The translations under genes were made by a program, and so were the position numbers. The notes beneath the pieces were generated by a model. That model was not told the DNA's origin and did no database searches. It saw only the letters and a list, made by a program, of their open reading frames with translations. A stretch of DNA of 64,000 nucleotides from Candidatus Latescibacterota bacterium. Lineage in GTDB: Bacteria; Latescibacterota; UBA2968; GCA-2709665. The stretch spans positions 1,568,001 to 1,632,000 of the forward strand of contig OZ242180.1 in the NCBI GenBank assembly GCA_965205485.1, read 5' to 3'. Position 1 is the first letter of the stretch, and the number at the start of each line of letters is the position of its first letter. Positions 58,705 to 64,000 of this stretch are shown here, one piece after another.

Positions 58705-59736
58705 ATGTCCCGAGCCGACCGCTTTTTGAAGGCATGCCGCCGCGAGACGGTTGACGTCACGCCGGTGTGGCTGATGCGTCAGGCGGGCAGGTACATGCCC
58801 GAATACCGGAGGTTGAAGGAAAAATACGCCTTTCTGGAAATGGTGAAGACGCCGGACATCGCCACCGAGATCACGTTGCAGCCGGTCGATGCGTTCAACG
58901 TTGACGCGGCCATTGTCTTTCAGGATATCCTGCCGATCCTGGAGCCGATGGGCCTGAAACTGGAGTACGTGGGGGGTGCGGGCCCCGTGATTCACAACCC
59001 CGTTCGAACGGCGGCGGACGTGGAATCCCTCGCGATTCGTCCCGCGGCCGAAGCCATGGACTTCGCCGCGGCGGCCATCCGGCAGGTCCGGCGCGCGCTG
59101 GACGGGAAAGTCCCGCTGATAGGGTTCTCCGGGGCGCCGTTTACGCTCGTCTGTTACGCGGTGGAGGGCGGTGGTTCACGCGACTACCGGCATGCCAAGG
59201 CACTGATGTACGAACAGCCGGAGATCTGGCGGCGGCTGATGGAGAAAATGTCGGTGGCGGTCGGGGACTATCTCCAGGTCCAGGCGGCGGCCGGCGCCCA
59301 GGCGCTGCAGTTGTTCGACAGCTGGGCGGGCGCGCTGAGCCCCGCGGACTATGAGGAATACGTACTTCCGCACACACGGCGGTCGATACGGATGGTTTCG
59401 GAAACGTGCGACGTACCGGTGATCCATTTCGGTACGGGTACATCCGGTCTGCTGCCGCTGATGAAGCGCGCGGGCGGCGACGTGATCGGAGTGGACTGGC
59501 GGATAGATCTCGACGATGCCTGGAACCGGCTGGGCGCGGACGTGGCAGTGCAGGGGAACCTGGATCCGACGGTGCTGTTTGCGCCCGTGCCGGTGATCGA
59601 AAGTCAGGCCGCCCGGATCCTGGACAGCGTCCGCGGGCGGCCGGGACACGTCTTCAACCTCGGCCACGGCATCCTGCAGCACACGCCGGTCGGGCACGTG
59701 TCCGCGCTGGTCGATTTCGTACACGCTTACGGATAG
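58705..59736 (+). CDS. hemE: Uroporphyrinogen decarboxylase
   Basis: PVWLMRQAGRY, QLFDSW, QGNLDP, FNLGHG. Confidence 0.97.
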   Translation: MSRADRFLKACRRETVDVTPVWLMRQAGRYMPEYRRLKEKYAFLEMVKTPDIATEITLQPVDAFNVDAAIVFQDILPILEPMGLKLEYVGGAGPVIHNPVRTAADVESLAIRPAAEAMDFAAAAIRQVRRALDGKVPLIGFSGAPFTLVCYAVEGGGSRDYRHAKALMYEQPEIWRRLMEKMSVAVGDYLQVQAAAGAQALQLFDSWAGALSPADYEEYVLPHTRRSIRMVSETCDVPVIHFGTGTSGLLPLMKRAGGDVIGVDWRIDLDDAWNRLGADVAVQGNLDPTVLFAPVPVIESQAARILDSVRGRPGHVFNLGHGILQHTPVGHVSALVDFVHAYG

Positions 59737-59742
59737 GTGACC

Positions 59743-60660
59743 ATGGTGAAAAAGGCCGTGTTGATGCTCGCCTACGGCAGTCCGGATTCCCTGGACGACA
59801 TGGAAGCGTACCTGAACGATATCCGTGGCGGGCGCCCGATGTCCCGGGACTTCGTTGCGGAATTCAAGCGCCGGTACGCGCAGATCGGGGGCAGGTCTCC
59901 GCTCAATGAAAACACCTTTGAACAGGCGGAATGTGCGGAGCGAGGATTGAATGCTCGCGGGCATGACGTGCGCGTTTACGTGGGCATGCGGCACTGGTCT
60001 CCCCGGATTGCGGACACGGTCCGTCGGATGGCCGGGGATGGCGTTGAGGAGGCGGTTGCCATCGTCATGGCCCCGCACTACTCCCGTATGAGCATCGGAA
60101 GGTACCGGGAGGCGGTCGATGAATCCGTCAAAGCAGCCGGAAGCGGGATTCAGTTCTCGTTCGTTGACTCCTGGTGGCGGCAACCCGCGTTGCTCGATGC
60201 GCAGGAAGCGCACGTTCGCGCCGGGCTGGCGTCGTTCTCCAGAGACGACCGGAACAGGGCAAAGATCGTCTTTACGGCGCACAGCCTCCCGGAACGCCTC
60301 TTGAAGATGGGCGATCCCTACGACGACGAGCTGAAGGGCAACGCGCATGCAATAGCGGAACGCCTGGGAAACGTGGACTGGATGTTCTCCTATCAGAGCG
60401 CCGCTCACACGGGCGAGCCGTGGTTGGGTCCGCAGATCGAAGACGTAATCCCGGACCTGGCCGACAAGGGATATCGGCACGTGCTTGTGGCGCCCATCGG
60501 GTTCGTATGCGACCACGTTGAGATCCTGTACGATATCGACATCGGCGTTCAGGAAATCGCGAGGTCGCGGGGGGTGAACGTCAGGCGAATCGCGTCCATG
60601 AACAGCGACGCCACGTTCATCACAGCGGTGGTGGATGCGGTGGAAGACAAGCTGAAATAG
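59743..60660 (+). CDS. hemH: Ferrochelatase (Bacillus-type, probably coproporphyrin)
   Basis: MLAYGSP, FTAHSLP, WLGP, GFVCDHVEILYDID. Confidence 0.93.
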   Translation: MVKKAVLMLAYGSPDSLDDMEAYLNDIRGGRPMSRDFVAEFKRRYAQIGGRSPLNENTFEQAECAERGLNARGHDVRVYVGMRHWSPRIADTVRRMAGDGVEEAVAIVMAPHYSRMSIGRYREAVDESVKAAGSGIQFSFVDSWWRQPALLDAQEAHVRAGLASFSRDDRNRAKIVFTAHSLPERLLKMGDPYDDELKGNAHAIAERLGNVDWMFSYQSAAHTGEPWLGPQIEDVIPDLADKGYRHVLVAPIGFVCDHVEILYDIDIGVQEIARSRGVNVRRIASMNSDATFITAVVDAVEDKLK

Positions 60661-60698
60661 ATGGGTACCGGTTTTGGATGCCCATTTGAGGTGCATTT

Positions 60699-62093
60699 AT
60701 GCACGTGACCATTGCCGGCGGGGGGATTGCCGGGCTTGCAACGGCCTTCTATCTGCAGGAGAAGGCGGAAGCGCACGGCATCGAGGTAGCGTATACGCTG
60801 GCGGAGGCCACCCGGCGATGGGGCGGGGAGATTCTGACTGAGCGGATTGACGGGTTCACCATCGAAGGTGGGCCCGATTTGCTGTTGACGCGAAAACCGT
60901 GGGGTGTCGGGCTCTGCCGGGACCTGGGCCTTGAGGACCGCCTGATCGCGCCGAACGAGGAACGGCGGAAGACCTTCCTGGCGCAAGGGCGAAACCTGGT
61001 CCCGTTTCCGGAAGACTTCACGCTGGTGCCTGCAAACTTCATGCCGGTCGCGCGCTCCCCGCTTTTTTCCATTCGCGGCAAGCTGCGGATGGGGATGGAG
61101 CGGTTCGTCCCGCCGCGCAACACAACGGCCGATGAGAGCCTGGCGTCATTTATCCGCCGCCGCATGGGTCACGAGGCCCTGGACAAGATCGGTGGGCCGA
61201 TGCTGGCGGGCATCCACGGGGCGGACCCGGAGCGGCTGAGCCTGCTGGCCACGTTTCCGCAGTTTGCGGAAATGGAGCGCAAGTACGGCAGCCTGATCAA
61301 GGCGGTGCGTGCAAGCCGGGATCAACGCAGGTCCACTGGCGATGCCGGGCAGGCGTCGCCGATGTTCCAGACCCTGATCGGAGGTCTCGGAGAACTCGTT
61401 GAGGCGATCGTGGACCGGCTGAGGGGCGATCTGCGCGTGAACTGCCCGGTAACGGGTCTGGCGAAGCGCCATCGCGGTTTCGAGGTAACGTTGGGTGGGG
61501 ACGCACTGAAAACCGACGCCGTCGTGCTGGCCGCGCCCGCGTTCGCGTCGGCCGATCTGCTGGATGGTATCGCGCCCCAACTGTCGGACCGGCTCCGCCA
61601 GATCCGGTACGTGTCCTCAGGCACGGTGTCTCTGGCCTATCGAAAAGCGGGCGTCCTGGCCCAGCACGACCTCGACGGGTTCGGTTTCCTGGTTCCCCGA
61701 TCGGAGGGCCGCAGGATTACGGGATGCACGTGGGTGTCGTCCAAGCTCGACCACCGGGCGCCGGATGACGGCGTGCTGATCAGGGGATTCGTGGGCAGAG
61801 ACGAACAGGAAGACGTAGTCGAGATGCCCGACGAGACGCTCGTACGTGCCGTGCGGGAGGATCTTGAACACGTGATGGGGCTGACCGCCGAACCGTTGTT
61901 CTCCCGGGTTCATCGCTGGCGGAAGGGCAGGCCGCAGTTCGACGTGGGGCACATGGACCGTGTTGACGGGCTGGAATCGCTCGCCGAAGAACATCCGGGC
62001 CTTTACCTGACCGGCAGCGCCTACCGCGGATCCTCCGTACCCGACTGCGTCAGACAGGCGATTCAAACCGCGGACCGGATTCTGGGGTTGTAA
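60699..62093 (+). CDS. hemY: HemY-type (copro/proto)porphyrinogen oxidase
   Basis: [30 protein letters not shown]. Confidence 0.92.
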   Translation: MHVTIAGGGIAGLATAFYLQEKAEAHGIEVAYTLAEATRRWGGEILTERIDGFTIEGGPDLLLTRKPWGVGLCRDLGLEDRLIAPNEERRKTFLAQGRNLVPFPEDFTLVPANFMPVARSPLFSIRGKLRMGMERFVPPRNTTADESLASFIRRRMGHEALDKIGGPMLAGIHGADPERLSLLATFPQFAEMERKYGSLIKAVRASRDQRRSTGDAGQASPMFQTLIGGLGELVEAIVDRLRGDLRVNCPVTGLAKRHRGFEVTLGGDALKTDAVVLAAPAFASADLLDGIAPQLSDRLRQIRYVSSGTVSLAYRKAGVLAQHDLDGFGFLVPRSEGRRITGCTWVSSKLDHRAPDDGVLIRGFVGRDEQEDVVEMPDETLVRAVREDLEHVMGLTAEPLFSRVHRWRKGRPQFDVGHMDRVDGLESLAEEHPGLYLTGSAYRGSSVPDCVRQAIQTADRILGL

Positions 62094-62113
62094 CGACCGG
62101 CCGGATTCGCGAT

Positions 62114-63400
62114 TCACGCAACCGGCTCCAGGATTTCCTGACCGCCCATATACGGGCGGAGCACTTCAGGAATCACCGCCGTGCCGTCTGGTCGCTGGGT
62201 CTGCTCCACAATGGCCGGAATCAGACGGCTGGTCGCCAGGCCCGACGCGTTGAGCGTGTGTACGAATTCATTGCGGCCGGTCTCGGCGCGTTTGAACCGG
62301 ATGCGGCCGCGCCGGGCCTGGTAGTCGTGCGCGCTGGATGCCGAGCTGACTTCCTTGTATTCCGCCATGCTCGGTATCCAGATCTCGATGTCGTATGTCT
62401 TTGCCATGGCAGCGCTGGCGTCCTGGGCCGCGAGTTTGGAAACCCGGTGGTGCAGTTCCAGGCCCTGAACCAGGCCTTCGGCCTTTGCGATCAGTTCCTC
62501 CAGGGCCCGATCGGAGTCTTCGGGACGCGTGAACTGGAAGATCTCGACCTTGTTGAACTGGTGTCCCCGGATCATGCCGCGTTCCTGGGCGCGATAACTG
62601 CCGGCCTCCCGGCGGTAGCAGGGGGTATACGAAAAGTACTTTCGCGGCAGATCGGTCTCGGGAAGGATTTCGTCCCGATGAAAATTGATCAATGCCGTCT
62701 CCGACGTGGGCAGCAGAAACCGGGACTCCTTCTCGCTCTCCCACTTGAGATGAAACACGTCGTCAGCGAATTTTGGAAACTGGCCTGCCGTGTAGCCGCA
62801 CTCATAGGTGAGCAGGTGCGGCGGGAGTACGAATTCGTATCCGTCGGCGAGGTGCGCCTCGACAAAGTAGTTCAGGAGCGCCCATTCCAGGCGGGCGCCC
62901 GCGCCCCGGTAGAGCCAGAAGCCGGCGCCGCCCATCTTCACGCCGCGCTCGTAGTCGATCAGCCCCAGCGAGGTGACAAGGTCGACGTGGTCTTTGGCTC
63001 CTTCGGCTAATTCCGGCCTTCCGCCCCATGCCCGGACGACCTCGTTGGCTTCCTTGCCTCCCGCGGATACGTCGTCCGCGGGGATATTGGGCAGTTCCTC
63101 GACAAAGCCCCGGATATTGCGTTCAATTTCCGAGAGTTGCGTTTCCAGCGTCCTGATGTTGCCCGAAACCGCCTTCATTTCATTCTGGATATCGGCCGTG
63201 TCGTGGCCCGCCTTCTTCATCTGTGGAATCTGCGCGGAGACCTTGTTTCGTCGTTCGCGCAGGCCCCCGATTCTGGCGATGAGGGCCCGGCGTTCCCGGT
63301 CCCACTGGAGCAATTCCGTAAAATCCACCGCATCCATGCGCTTCAGCAGCGCCTGCCTGACGCCGTGGGGATCTTCCCGAATCCGGTTCAGATCCAGCAT
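62114..63400 (-). CDS. serS: Serine--tRNA ligase
   Basis: GQFPKF, LPTSE, YRREAG, HQFNKVE, HTLNASGLA; GGAGG RBS. Confidence 0.97.
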   Translation of the reverse strand: MLDLNRIREDPHGVRQALLKRMDAVDFTELLQWDRERRALIARIGGLRERRNKVSAQIPQMKKAGHDTADIQNEMKAVSGNIRTLETQLSEIERNIRGFVEELPNIPADDVSAGGKEANEVVRAWGGRPELAEGAKDHVDLVTSLGLIDYERGVKMGGAGFWLYRGAGARLEWALLNYFVEAHLADGYEFVLPPHLLTYECGYTAGQFPKFADDVFHLKWESEKESRFLLPTSETALINFHRDEILPETDLPRKYFSYTPCYRREAGSYRAQERGMIRGHQFNKVEIFQFTRPEDSDRALEELIAKAEGLVQGLELHHRVSKLAAQDASAAMAKTYDIEIWIPSMAEYKEVSSASSAHDYQARRGRIRFKRAETGRNEFVHTLNASGLATSRLIPAIVEQTQRPDGTAVIPEVLRPYMGGQEILEPVA

Positions 63401-63812
63401 ATGGATACCACCTCCATAGGTTGATTGTGCGGAGTTTGTCGAAGTGGCCTGTCGAGGCAAGCCTGCCGAAGGGTTGTCGAAGGGTGTCGAAATGTCCAGG
63501 CGCCGGCGTTTCCGCTCCGGCGGGTTGGAACTTTCGCCACCCCGAAACGTCCCCTATTCACTTGCCATTGTGGCTTCGCAGATAATGGCGCTGACAACCG
63601 TGAATTAAAATCGCCAGGCCCAGCCGTTAACCCGGTTTAGCTGACGGCTGATAGCTGTTTTCAGGACTCTGGCGAATTTCACCTGAATTTTCACACTGTG
63701 TGGTGAAAATGAACACATTGTACTGCCTTTAGCTGCTTGCCGCGATCAATTTGTGCCGGGAAAACGCCCATAACTGGCTGAATAAACAAAATAGTGGCAT
63801 CCATTTCGTTTT

Positions 63813-63829
63813 TTGGCACGATATTCGCT
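63813..63829 (+). promoter_or_regulatory. Sigma-54 -24/-12 promoter
   Basis: TTGGCACGATATTCGCT (GG-N10-GC). Confidence 0.7.
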
Positions 63830-63892
63830 GTATCTTAAGGGTGAACACACACCCGTGTCTTTCTCTCACCCCGTTACATACGAGGCCCCAAA

Positions 63893-64000
63893 ATGGCTCT
63901 CAATACAGCACTGAATCCACGCGACCGCCTGGCGTTTCTGGCGCTCTACTATGCGATCAAGGGAAACGAGAAGCGCTCGGAAGAGCTGCGGCGCGTGGTA
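63893..64000 (+). CDS. 5' part of a hypothetical protein, cut by the window edge
   Basis: GAGG RBS; MALNTALNPRDRLAFLALYYAIKGNEKRSEELRRVV open to the edge. Confidence 0.55.
   Translation, partial: MALNTALNPRDRLAFLALYYAIKGNEKRSEELRRVV

Noticed and set aside
63401..63660. T-box leader upstream of serS
   Set aside because: No T-box consensus seen; the region consists of REP and heptamer remnants.

Overview
GC-rich bacterial chromosome segment. A PorV-like protein, yajC-fmt-YugP, DUF5683 and two PhyH paralogues suggest an FCB-group, Latescibacterota-like lineage (inference). Most of the window is housekeeping: tgt-yajC-fmt, kdgK-eda-ROK, a variant System I cytochrome c maturation operon (including a ccmD missed by the ORF track), dnaK, sucC, gpmI, acnA, mdh, rplU-rpmA, rne/rng, moeA-moaC, tRNA-Lys(CTT), sat, clpP, hemE-hemH-hemY and serS. 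Intergenic DNA holds two MITE families and several REP-like and short-period repeat families, but no transposase. The accessory region after tRNA-Lys is the most unusual part. It has a REP-doublet-flanked cassette of four toxin-antitoxin modules of which only HigBA keeps its toxin, a 6-TM voltage-gated-type channel with a phage-structural-like repeat insert and an atypical filter, an MFS gene lacking a canonical start, a protease/propeller/beta-barrel protein, and a lone HNH nuclease. Two sigma-54 promoters with upstream palindromes are visible. No CRISPR array, rRNA, integrase or prophage was seen. All family calls come from motif recognition by eye; no searches were run.
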